From NCBI GenBank assembly GCA_965202585.1, contig OZ241828.1:35588001-35652000 (forward strand): 64,000 nucleotides of DNA. Reading direction: 5' to 3'. This document shows positions 12,417 through 25,500 of the stretch, piece after piece; position 1 is the stretch's first letter; each line of letters begins with the position of its first letter. This DNA is from Thalia democratica (Eukaryota). The position numbers were made by a program, and so were the translations under genes. The notes beneath the pieces are model-generated. The model did no database searches. It was not told the origin of the DNA and saw nothing but the letters and a program-made list of their open reading frames with translations.

Positions 12417-13915
12417 GTTTGGTATATAAAGTAATTTTAAACTCGTTAAAAGTTTTTAGTTAACTAAAGACTAAAATAACTTTTTAATATTAAATTTAGT
12501 TAAAAAAAACAAAAAGTGTAAAGGTAATATAAAAAAATTTATCAATATTTGTCTTAGACATAAAGCTAACAAAGTGCTTGAAACAATAAAATGTAAACTT
12601 AATAAATAGTTTTATAGTATTAGTTGAGTACTATATGTAAAAAATCATAAGAGTAACCTTTAACCCATTGAAACAGAAATTTAATTAATTTTTGTGAGAA
12701 AGTATTCGCGAGAGGTTATAAACTTTGTACGACATGTGTCAACACTAACCTACTAATTTGCAGATAAAAAATCTTAAAGTATAATTTTTACTTTTAGTAA
12801 TAATATATTGTATATTATAAATAAAGTTTTAAGTTGATTAAAAACATCTTAGAAAACTATTTATTTTTTCTATTCTGATTAATTATTTTTAGTTGCAGAA
12901 CATAATTTTTGTACAACTTCTGTCAGCATTAGACTATTAATTCACAATTTCATTTATCAACACAATTGGACAATTATTATGCTTGACTCAAGATACCTAA
13001 CAAAATACAAAAAAATGTAAAACATTTTTTATGAAAGTTACCTAGCTAAACAGTTAATATTTTCTACTGAATGAATGCTTTATATCTTGTATAAATTGCA
13101 ACTTTAGTAATTTAGATTAAGAGTGCATAACATAAACTTAAGGTAGCATATTTAACTTTAACGAGTATAAGTACGTAATATGTACTTGATGTTTTTTAGC
13201 TTGCTTATGTCATCTTATTCGTTGATTTAAACGAGTATAAATTGACTTCAAAAACTTTTTAATAATTAACATATAAATCTTAAAACCAAATTTGCAACAC
13301 TTTCCTCTTACTTAAAAAAATCAAAACATAAAAACATTGCCTGAATTATTTTGTTTGTCTACCAAGTCATATTGATGCTTGCCATTCTTGTATAAGTTAC
13401 TATAAAAGATATTATTTAAAATATTTATACAAACTAAAACATTTAAAATTTTCATTCCAAAATATAAATGCAAAGTTACCCTCATTTGGGAAATCGTAGT
13501 TTTAACATTTTTTTTGTAGAGATATGTAAGGTAAGACACTTAAACAACATATATTTATTGTTCAAACTTAAAACTAATGTAATTTTTTGGATATTAAAGT
13601 TTAAGAACAAAACAAAATATTTGAATATTTCAATATTTAAAAAACTTTAGTTTTTATGATATTGCTTACCTAAATAGTTTTGAAATGAAGCTTATTTTCG
13701 GCAAAGCAATTCCTTTTTACACGAAAAAACATTATCTAATAGCTTAACTATCTAATAGCTGTTTTTATTTACAATTATGATATTTTACTATGAATAAACA
13801 CAAGTAGTGTTGTGTAAAACTGTAATTTAAGTCTCCACACACCCTTTTAAGACTTTAAGCTGTAATTCATTTTCATTTTGATATAATCTATACTAAAATT
13901 TATTTATTTAAACAA

Positions 13916-13953
13916 AGGCAACGTCGTTTCACCAAAAAGGGATGTTCAGGCCT
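13916..13953 (-). ncRNA. Degenerate minimal type I hammerhead-like motif in a copy-A-specific insertion
   Basis: AGGC CUGAACA UCC CUUUUU GGU GAAA CGACG UU GCCU: stem I AGGC/GCCU and near-palindromic helix III, but G8->C in the core and a broken stem II base pair. Confidence 0.35.
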
Positions 13954-14913
13954 GTAAAATGAAAATAAGACGATGGATAACTTAATAAATAGTGCAAAAC
14001 AATTAATATAAGAAAATTTATAAATTTAGAAAAATCATTACGTCAACTTAACATTATTGTTAAAGTGAAAGAAAATAATTAAATTAATTATATGCACCCA
14101 TTAATATAATATTGGTGTAGTTTTTGATTAATTTATACAAGTGGTCTTAACGGTGTGCACTTGTACTTCACAGTAGTGTGCATATATAACTTGGTTTAGA
14201 GAATGTTTTTTAATGATTTTTATGTAATACAAATGCTTATTCAAGACTTAAATTAACAGTACTTAAAACGTTATTTATATATTAAAGTATTTAAATAGTA
14301 AAAGTATAAAAGTATTTATACTGTTTGTAGTATTGTATTCACATGATTTTTTTGTTTAGTTACTTACTGTGTACAGCTTTTGAAAATGTCGAAGAACAAT
14401 GAACTAGAAACAAAAAAGTTAAACTATGTAAAAACAGTTTTTATCATGTAATTAATAGAATGTTAAAAATCGGATTAGTTTTACTGATAATATAAAGGGT
14501 GTTCTTAAAAACATTTTTCAGTAGTAACTATTTCAGTTTAAAGTTTTTCTGAGGTTATACATATCAAGCCTAACTAACATATTTTCAAAAAAAGTATATA
14601 CAGACTGCCAAAAAATGTTTGATTTTTTATGTAAGAAACATAAAACTTTAAATAAAAAAAGTTTCACAACAAAAAAACTTTGTCTAAACAAATAAATTGA
14701 TTAAAAAAAAATAATATTGCAGTATACCTTAATAAAAACTTTAAAGATTTTTTAGGAAAACAAACTATCACAAGATAAGAATTAGCTCAACATGAGATTT
14801 TATGAAAACTTTTTAAAGTTTGCATACAAGTTGTTCTAATCTTAATGGAAAGGCAGTGATAAACACAAGTCAGACACATATGAAACAATAAAGTTCGATA
14901 AATTCAATAGAAG

Positions 14914-15276
14914 TCATGTATCACTTTCTTCGTTTATCGGCGACAAGCTTTCTAATTGGTTAGTTTCAGCGGAAGTTTTATTCATCCGTTCTGACATCAA
15001 TAGAGGACTGACAACTGTGGTATCGATTTTGGGGCTTTTATCCTTGGCATCATTTACAAACTTTGTATTAGCAGTGTTCTTGTTGTACCTCATTGTAAAA
15101 TTAGGAAACCGGAAACATTTGTACAATTTTGAAACGATGTGCTTTCTTATGTACTTGTTAATGTCTCTCTGTGTTGTGACGTACACAATAGGGTTGAGTA
15201 AAACGCTGAAAAAACTTATAATTCGGACTGTTGTTATAATAGCATGGCAGTAGTTTAGGTCCTTTTCTTCCAAGCC
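14914..15276 (-). CDS. GPCR A exon 8: ECL3, TM7 (NPIVY), C-terminal tail
   Basis: Acceptor CTTTATAG|GGC, phase 0; ORF track 14914-15273. Confidence 0.9.
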   Translation of the reverse strand, partial: GLEEKDLNYCHAIITTVRIISFFSVLLNPIVYVTTQRDINKYIRKHIVSKLYKCFRFPNFTMRYNKNTANTKFVNDAKDKSPKIDTTVVSPLLMSERMNKTSAETNQLESLSPINEESDT

Positions 15277-18200
15277 CTATAAAGTTTATAAAGAATTAAA
15301 TAAAAGTTATTAAAATGTATCATATAAAATGTTTTAGTAATGTTGTATAAACAACGTTTGAAAACTAAACAAAATAAATAACGATATTTTTTATTTCCAA
15401 GGACAAAAATTTTTATACGTCTCTTGTTTATTTAAGTAATCATTTAAAACAAAAAATTTAAAAAAAAAAAAACTGCAACTAAGTATCAATAAAACTTGAC
15501 AGTGTTCAGGAAAGCTACTTTGATTTTCTAAAATTTCAATGTTTTGTAATTAAAATTAAATATTTTTTTCAAATATCTCTAGTCCTATTTAATATTTGTA
15601 TTGAAGTATGTTTTAAAAGTCATTTTTTTTAGTTCTAAAGTAACAACATATAAATTTGTTGTAACTTAGTTAATGTTTTTATTGAAAACAATCTGTTAAT
15701 TTAAAGCTGAAGTCCAATATATTTTCTCACTTTCAAACTTTAAACCTAATTTATATTTTTTAACAATAAAATAACTTATTTTTATGCGTTACCTACTTGT
15801 TAAACAGCCGCTCACATTAAATTAGTTACTTCTTTTTAAATTGTTACACAATAACCTGATAATAAAACCTTTTACCTATTTTAAATTAATTATTTTTTCA
15901 TTAAATAGCACTTTTTTAATGCGTAAGTATTATTGAAAAATACAATTCGCTATTATTAAGTTAGAACTTTTTTGCTACTATTTAACGTAAACGCTTTTAA
16001 AATTTTATGTTGAAAAATGTCTTTTTATTAAAATACGGTCCAAAAAAATTAATCAGAACATTGAGATTATTTAATACAACTTTACATGTCTTCATTTATA
16101 CTTTTAAATCGAAAAGCACACTTAAACAACTAATTATTGTCAAAAAAATTGTAATTCTAATTTTCCTACAAAGAGTTATAAAACTTTATGATATAAATGT
16201 TAATACTTCAAATTTAGCTGTAAAAGTCTATTTCATATTAAATAAATCTAAAAAACGAAGAAAAGGTTACCACATATTGAAAGTAAGTTTTGTAAAAAAC
16301 GTAAATTGTTTTCGTGTAATAAAACGTTTTGAATTAAAACTAAATATTTCAAGATAACAGAACATAATACTTATAGATGATAAAATATTTTTTCCTGTAT
16401 ATGTATTAAAAGTTTAATGAACCACAATAAAAACTTAACTGAAAAAAAAGTTTCAATTCTTTTAATTTACATTCGATTTGTATCAGAAAAATCTGTACTG
16501 CTTATAATGTGTAACTAATTTTATTTTAGCTGTTAAACAACTATTTGCTAACTATATTTAAAATCATAGAGTACTTAAAGCATTTTTTTTAGCTTTTAAA
16601 AGACATTTTATTTTAAGCTTAAAGGAGATAAATGTACTGTACAATAAACTATTTAAAGTAAGCAAAAAACATCGATAGACTTTATATATATGTACATGTT
16701 AATAAAGTGTTCTTAAAATTATGTTTTAAAATAAAAAAAATAGCCTAAAAAACTGCTAATATTGACATAAATGTTACCATCTTTTAAACTTATACGTCAA
16801 ATAATTAGAGTATTCTAACTTTTAAACAGAGAATTCTTTGTTAGACTGCCTTTTAAACTTAAAATTGAAGGTCAAATGAGTTAGAATTTTAAATAAGATG
16901 ATTTTTATAATATGTTTTGACATTACAAACCTGCATAATGTAAACAACCATGAATATTTTTTGTGGCAACCAGCATATTGAGAAGACAATCACGTAGGCA
17001 GTCATTGTTTTAGCAATCTTGATGTGTTTTTCAGCATTTTTGTAAGCTGCAGTTTTAACACTTAAATACCCATCTGTAAAATGAAAGTTTTAATTTTTAA
17101 CAAATATAAATTACTTTATTATACTGTTAGCGTTGTTAATGAATATTTTTGAAAGTTATATTTTTTGTAATACTCTAGTTTAGTACATTTACTTTTATAT
17201 ATGTTTAACTGCTGCATCTAACTAAACTTTAAATACACATATGTGACTTTTTAAATCTTAAAGTTATTGTCATATAAATAAATTAATGTACTAAGTTAAA
17301 TTCTTTTTTAACATAATCTTCAATTTATATTAAATGTTTTACATCAAAAAAAAAAAAAAATTGTTATACATACTTATAAACAATAGGATACTATAAAATA
17401 TGTGACCTTTTAGTTTTCAATAAGAAAACTTATTTTTATTTCTCAAATATCACATGACCACCTTATGCAAAGTTTTAGCTTTAAAGAAAATTTACAGAGG
17501 CTATTTTCGTTTTTATTTTTCTAAAATCAAGCCCAATAAACTGTATGGGAACCACATTATTTGACTTTAAATTTTTAGGTGAAATTTATTTAAAATGTGG
17601 CAACTGTCACCTTAAACATTGAGTAGAACAAAAAATGATTTAACAATTGAAAATTTTTTTGTTTTTCTTAAATAAGTTGAAGTTATCGAAAAAATTACAT
17701 AGAAAATAAAAATTGAAAAAGCAAAAATTATTGCTTACGCAAAATTTTATTCTAGTTCATTTAAACTTTAAACAACCTGTTTTAGTATTAATTGCCTTAT
17801 TAAAATAATTTACAGCTGAAAAACGCTAAGGATGAAATTTTTGGTCTCATGCAGTAAACATTTGGTTTGTTTTTAGAAAATCAAAAATAGGGTCTATGAA
17901 AAGGTTTTCAAATCAGCAAAAGGTTTGCTCAAGGTGTTTTTGTAAAGTTTGCCAAATACGAATAAGTTTTTTACATGAAGTTAAAAGATCACATAAGTTT
18001 TAACTAGTATAGTTCAACTATAAGTTAAACTATAAAAAAAGTTTGTATAAAGCTTAACTAAATAACCAAAAGTAATTAAAACAAAATACATGCAAGGAAT
18101 AAAAAAATTGTTTATACCAAAATAAATAGAATATTAAACATTTTTAACATTATCTTTTCAATAATTTTTCATAATGTCTGTTATAAATTTAGAATTAGGT

Positions 18201-19538
18201 AACTATTTAGGGTAGTCTTTTATATTTTATTTAGAAATACTTTAAATTTTAAAAATTATAAAGATAAGTAGTATTAGGCTTCAACAATTAAAACTAAAGA
18301 CGTACTTTTATTTTTAGTTCTGTCGGGTTTTTTTCCTTCAGATTTCGTTACGACTTCCTTGCTTCTACTTGGGCAGGTGAAACTGGGCGGAGTCATTTTT
18401 ATTCCTGGACTGACTTGAACGCAGGTCTGATCTGTGAAGAAGCTCTCAGTTGAACTTGCTGATGCGTTGCTCACCGGTCTCTTCTTCCGGTCCACCATCC
18501 TGTTCACCGGACTCAACTTCAGTTTTGACACCAAAGACTTGTTGAACTTGACAATGGGGCTCAACGTGGTTTCTTTCGCATCACTGTGCTTCATTGAAGA
18601 AACGTTGGAGTTGAACAAGCTCCTGTCAGTGTTCATTCGGCTCCTGGCTCTCTTGTTGATCATGTAGGCAATCCCTGAATAGCTGATTGCAATGGCGATG
18701 TAGGGAAGAAAAAATCCAATGACCACGTCGACTGCAATTCTGTATATTTTTGTTTTGTGTTCGTAGTTTGGGGCACAAGTGTAGCTACTTTCACTTTGTT
18801 TTGTTCCATTACTCTTAATCCATTCCCAATAGTAGTACAACAACACTTCATATTTATTTTCTCTGATATCTGGTACCTCGTCTTCTGTTGTTTTAATGAA
18901 AATTTTATTAATTGTTAAATTCGGTTTTAACAACTGTACTGAGTTTTAAAAAATTCCTTTGATTAACATGTATATGTAATAATTGAAACTTAAAAAAAAA
19001 AAATTACTGATTTTTAGTTTCTATAGCTAAATTTAACTGTATTTTAAGTACTGTAAAAAAAATTATCAAAGATTATAACAAAAAACATCAAAAAACAACA
19101 TTTTATTTACAAAAGCTTGAACTTGTCTTAATAATGATCAATAAACAAACCCAAACAAAAGATAAGAACAGATTTTATGAGTTTTTATCAGTTTATTATT
19201 AACTTCATATTAATTTTATAGCTTTTTAAAAATCTAACTTTCAAACTAATTGTTTGAATTTAAAATATATGTCATAGTTTTCAAAATGTATAGTGTATTT
19301 TTTTACATGCTTTTTTTTTACATAATATCTTTTATAAACATGTGTATGTATTAGTTTCTACCGATAAATACTAATTTATAAGACTAAACTGTTTTAACAT
19401 TATTATATGAATAAGAGATAGTGCAAATTAAATTTATTATAAATAAATACCAACTCATGATACTAGTGCATAAGCATCATAACTTTAATAATAAAAAAAC
19501 AGTGTTTGTTTTGTACTTAGTATACTATTTACAACGTA

Positions 19539-19573
<35 letters not shown>

Positions 19574-22500
19574 ATGTTTATTTATCTATGACGTAATTAT
19601 TAAGTTTTGTAGATTAAAAAAATTCAGTGCAAAAATTAATTTTCTATCTCAACAAACAACTAAGACTCACACAGCTAGAACTATGTGAATATTATATTAA
19701 ATGTTTTAAAATTTATTAAATATTAAGAGGAGCTTTTTCATATGACGACGTAATTCACTTATCTTATTTAAGTAACCCTATTTTTTTCATCGCATACACA
19801 ACGGCCGTTAGTTCTTTAACTCAATAGATTTTAAAGTATTTAATGTAATATTCACTTGTTTGTAATTTGGGAGTTTTAGTTGATTGTTTAGTCTTTATAT
19901 GGAAGATTAGTTTTTGAACTGAATATTTGTACTCTACAATAATTATAATTACGTCATAGTGTTTTTTGTTGTTTTGTATAACTTTTGTATTAATGTTTAG
20001 CAAAGTGCAATTAATTTCGAACCAACAGCTAACAATAAAACAATGATACTTTTTGTAAAACATATGTTCCGTTATTTTTAAACTTGAACTTTCTCAATAG
20101 TTTATTTAAAAACCCTTCATGTGGGCTCTGTGGAAGATGATTTAGTTTATTAATAGTTTTATAATAGTTATTCAATAATTTGTATTTTTAAAAATTAATA
20201 TTGATATCTAATATATATATTAAATTGAGTATATATATATATATTTATCAATTTCTTTCAAGTTATAAATAAGTTTAGTGGCTATAAAAAATCATAGCTT
20301 TAACCATTTGTGAGGAAAAACGTCTAAATACTAACAAGAATTAGTTTAACTAAAACTTACTATCATATACAATATTGTCGTTTTTTAATTGTTCGCAAGA
20401 ATAAATAGTTTTGAAATTATAATATGAATAAGCGATATTACACATGAAATTTGTGCAGTTTACAGCAGATATGTTATATCCTGGAACGCTTTCTATATTA
20501 ATGCTATCGAGTTTATACTTAGTTTTCCAATCAATTGCTTCTTTAAAAAGGAAATGGCAATCATTCCAATATTTCCACTTCGGTCCTTCGTTTCCAGTAT
20601 GTTCGTTGAAACTGAAAAAAAAGTTGAGTAAGTGAATTATGTAAAGACTAAATACTTTTGTATCTAAGCTAGGAAATCATTAAAAAAAATGTTGTTATAT
20701 AATGATTAGTAAAAAGTAAAAAGTATTCAAACTTTCTAACAGTTTATCATTCTTTGAACCAATTTCTTGTTGACCACCAAAACCAAGTTTTCCGTCAATG
20801 ATGCTAGGTAAAATACAAATAAAAGCAATTATCCACATCATTCCGCTTATAATGTATGTTAACTTTTTCTGTAAAAAAAAAAATTATTACTAACAAATAG
20901 TAATGTTATATTAGTCTTACGTATAATAAAACAATATTTTTTTAAATCTTTATTTTACTTTAGATTTTTAATAGTAATCCTTTATAATAACAGTAAACAA
21001 CTTAATTTTTTTTGTTTTAACTATAAATGAGCAAAAAAACTTGGTTAAAACAAATACTATGACATAATTATAAATATGCGAACGATGATAATTAAAATTT
21101 AAAAAGCTAAATAAGATCAAAAAATTTATTTTTTGATGTTTTATACAACATTTTATTGCTAAAACACAATGTTAATTTCAAAACATAATCCGTAAAACGC
21201 AGTTTAAGCTGTTTTATTAAAATGCTTCTTTTAGTTTGTGTGCCTAAATTTAAAAGTAACGGGTTATTTATACAAATTAACTTCTAAAAGTTTTAAATAA
21301 AGATCTTTTGAAAAAAAACTAATTCTTTTAAAAACTATTTTATCAAATGTTTATAAAAACGTTTGAAAATGTATATTTGTTTTTAATTTTGTTTTTTTTA
21401 TAACTATAGTAAATAACTTCAAAAGAAAAATAATTAACATAAAACACACAATTTTATAAAGGAAGCTTTAAACTTTTGTTTTAGTCGAGCAAAAATATGT
21501 TTAAGAAAAATAAAAAAATGTTTATAACATAAGTTTTGTTTTCTTTAAAAACTATTTGTCTCAGGAAACTGTATTATTTTCTAAGTAAATTTTCAAAACA
21601 TTTACTCAAAAAATAAATAGTTAAACAAAACGATTTTTTAATGATGAAAAAAAAAATTATTGATTTTTTTCACTTTCTCTTATCCTGTAAAAGTATTAAA
21701 AACTAACGTTAAACTGGTATCTTTGACATCTAATTGACTTCCAAACAGCTACAAATCTTTCTATACTCATTGCAGCCAGTAAAAATATATTTATATAAAA
21801 ATGAAAATTGTATACCGTCACCACAGAATTTATTAACTTCATATCGAAACTTGAATCAATTTGATCGCCTCCTTCTGTAGTAAGTAGTTATTGAAGAAAG
21901 TTTTGTTTGTTTATTTATTTCAAGCCATTTTTACTAGAAATTAAAGTTAATATTTTACAACATAAGTAATGTGTTTTTTTTTTTTTTCCTTGTATTTTTA
22001 AATTTATAATTAAACATTTTAGCCCACTATGTAAAATTTTCAAATCTTAATTAAATAATTTATACTCTTTCTTTACTTATTTTAGTCTATTAAAATAATT
22101 TAATAAAAAAAAATGTTTAAAAATTTTAACTTAAATATTTTGTATGATCTAATCAAATATTAATGTCAAATGTATTTACACTATTTGAAAAAATTTTACT
22201 TTGCAATTTGAGTTTTTTGTTTGTGTCATTAAAAGTTTTCCTTTTTTGTCCTGATTAGTCTGCAGATTTAAATTTAAAAAAAAGCTTAGTTTCAAACTAA
22301 AAATCGAAAGTTTTTTTCGAATTTATGAAATATTAATACCCGACATGTTTTAAAGTTTTAAAAATTATGGTTTTACATAGAAGTTTTAAAACATGTTAAG
22401 TGTTTTGAACTTGGCTTATTATAATCTTGTTATTGTAATATTTCAAACAGGTAAAGTTTTGTGTATGTAAAAGCTTCACTAAATTTGTCAAAGTGAACGT

Positions 22501-25500
22501 AATAAATAAAGAGTTTTTTATTAATTTTTTCTACATTACTAAAGTTAAAGACATGGAGAAGTGTAAAAGAAACATTGTCTAATTGCTAAACAATTAAAAC
22601 AAATATAATAATAGTTTAGTTTTAATTTTGAAAAGTTTAAATATAAATCAATGCCTAAAAATATCTAATAAGAAATGTAAAAATAAACAAAAAAAAAACT
22701 TTGATAATTAAAATTACAATAGCTCCAACCAATAAAACATGCTTTCGTAAGAAAAAAACATGATAATTGTGCAACATTTTCCGGTTTACTTCAAAAGAAT
22801 TATAACAAATTTTAGGTTAGTATGTTACCTTGTATGTTTTTAGTAAAAAAATTAGTAGAAAAATTTGACAGTGGTAGCCTGCTTCATACATAAACAACTG
22901 AGTATTGATTATGTAATATGACAAAATCAATAAATAGATCCAATGATCACGAAGTTTTTGCTTAAAAGGAAAGCTACTTAACAATGCTGTTTAAACATCC
23001 TTTTATTACAACTAAAAACACACTAATTTGCGTTTTTAATATTAGTTCAACCCTTGGTGAAATATATTTTAAAACAACATTGGGTTTCGCCTACTTAAAG
23101 AATTGATTTTTTTTGTCATGTTTAAACACTGTCAATCAGTATTAATTTAAAATAAGACAAATTTTACACAACATAAAATAAATTTATTCGGTCATTAAAC
23201 TATGTCAAATCAGTTTAAACTTCCTTTAAGTTTTATTTGTAACAGTTAGTCTACTTTTGATATTTTTGGTTATTTAGGGGGTTGGATTTTAAAGCAAAGT
23301 TGTTTCCCCTATTATTTGATGTATCATCAAAAAAAATTAAAAAAAAGTTTTTTAATATTTATTCCCTTAACCTTAACCCACTTTACCCAAACATATTAAA
23401 AACTAATTAATATATAAAAAAATTATAATTTTTTATGCTGACCCAGCAAATATTGTGGTATTTACGTCACATTAACAAAAGGACTCTTATTTAGGTTAAA
23501 AATTATTTACGTTATATAGAAAAAAAAACTTTAGATTTTTATTCAAAGTTTATTTAGCAAGTTAAAATGTTTTTTCACAGTTTTAAGTTGATCAAACGCA
23601 TATTTTCTTGAAAGTACGAATAATTTAACTTATTAAAGGTTTTATGAACAAAAAAATGAAAAGTTAAGAAATTAATTTATTTTAAAAAGATTTAACCTAA
23701 ATACAATATAAAACAAAAAGTAAAATGCTACTACTCTTGTAGCAAAACTAGTAACATTAAAAGAAAAGATAATAATCTTTTTATAAACATTATACACACT
23801 TATTCTTTTATTAACAAAATAAAAAGCACTTGTTATTAACTATACAAAATAAGTACGAAACTGTTTTTAGGTTTATAATAACTATAAAATGTCTAAACCA
23901 ATAATAGTTTTTGTATATATTCTTATTTTAACTATCCAAAGTAATAGTTAACTTTTTTTTTACATTTATTAAATTTAAAAACTAAAACTATTGTAGTTTC
24001 TGAAATTATTTTAGGTTACCTGACCTTTACACGTACAAAAATATCGATCTGAATACGATTTTTTAGTTTTAGTTTTAGATTATCAACTGGTGTGAAAAAT
24101 GTGAAAAACAGTGGCATGCAAGTAATCTTGTTTATGGTTAGTTTTTTGATGAAATTTGTATTGAAAATGTGTGAATCGAAACACATATGTTGTAATTATG
24201 CAACTAACAGGAATAAAAAATTGATAATAAAACCTCATACCCAAAAAAATATTTCGACAATCGTTTAAAGTAAAAATCAAGTAATTCTGATTATATCCCA
24301 TAAAAATATAAAAGTTGATAATAGTTGTTTGTAAGATAAAAAGTGCAAAGTATAATTTGCTTTATTGAAAAAATTGTTTAAACCACAAAAATAGTTATTG
24401 AATTTAACTATTTGAAATAAATCTTGATCTTGTTAGTAGAAAACTGAGAACTTAATTTTAATTAGAAATTAATTGTAAAGCTATATATATATGTTAAACT
24501 CTAAATCTATTAAGATTACTAAAAGTTAAATTTATCACTTCTAAGTAATCATTAAATAACAATTTTGAAAAATGTTTTAGATATTAACTTGTTTACAATA
24601 ATCTAAAACACTTGAGTTTAAAACTTAATTCTCTTTACAGTAAAAAGTTATAATTTTTTTTTAATTTGAAACTATATTTACGTTTTTATTTTTTGTACTA
24701 ACTATTCAAACGAACCGTTTAATATCTGGTTTTTGTAGCTGAATTGGTTTATGTGATAAATATTAAGTGAAGAAAACAATAACCACGTGATACAAACTAA
24801 TACGTCAGTGATTGCAATTTGAATCATGTAAGATGCGTACACTGATCCTCGAACCTAAAAACAGTTAATCAATTTCTTTGAAAAATAATAGAAACTACTG
24901 CTAATACAGTTAAGCTAAAGTATTCATCATTGAAATTTATTTATATTACAAAAATGTTCCTCTTTATTAAACAAAAACATTTTCTAAATTTTATTATATA
25001 AAATAAAAAACTTATACCTTACTAGTAATTAATGAATTTAGATTTTTTTAAATAACTAAGCACTAAAAGTAAAATATTCATATATAAAAGCTAATTTAAC
25101 TATAAATTGGTGTTTGATAAAACTGAAATTAAAACTATCTTAGACATCATATTGTAAGCTTTAAACCACTAATGATTAAAAGGTATTTTTATATGCCATA
25201 TATTTCGTATCGCGTGTATAACTTATAGTTAATTTTTTAAAGGTGAACTAAGTTATTATGATCTATTATTTGAAAATTTATAATATATCCTTTCAAAGAT
25301 AATGATTTATACTACAATTAACTTAATTTTACAAAATAAACCTTATAAAGTTTTTGTTTTATACCAGTTTAAAATAAATTTGGTAACTGAAAATAAAATT
25401 TATTACTTCATTAGGAAAATCGAAGTTTCTATAAAATATTAATTATCCAATAAAACAAGTCAACAGGCGAGTTTAAGTTTATTGTTACTTGGTTTCAGTT

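Larger units (their letters stand above)
7361..12850. repeat. Lectin-array tandem duplication, unit 2
   Basis: Colinear with 659-6850; right end is approximate. Confidence 0.9.

Noticed and set aside
15017-15253. Plus-strand ORFs antisense to GPCR exons (15017, 18434, 20444, 36669, 39276, 41197, 42556, 59480, 61467)
   Set aside because: Shadow frames of the real minus-strand exons; their conservation is explained by the sense gene.
16007-16357. 116-aa K/I/L-rich ORF and similar short AT-rich ORFs (5174, 7089, 11975, 13321, 13468, 19821, 27622, 33557, 55712, 57780, 60481, 61818)
   Set aside because: Low-complexity intronic/intergenic frames, not preserved in the paralogous copies.
19800-19809. 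AACGGCCGTT 10-bp palindrome (also at ~60830)
   Set aside because: Not conserved in copy B; too short to support a function.
22860-22970. Minus-strand frame KQKLRDHWIYLLILSYY... as a hidden exon
   Set aside because: In-frame TAG at the same position in copy B and no convincing splice sites.
24083-24301. 72-aa minus ORF in intron 2 as a possible TM2 exon
   Set aside because: No LAxxD-like motif, and indels in copy B; the true TM2 exon is 24716-24854.
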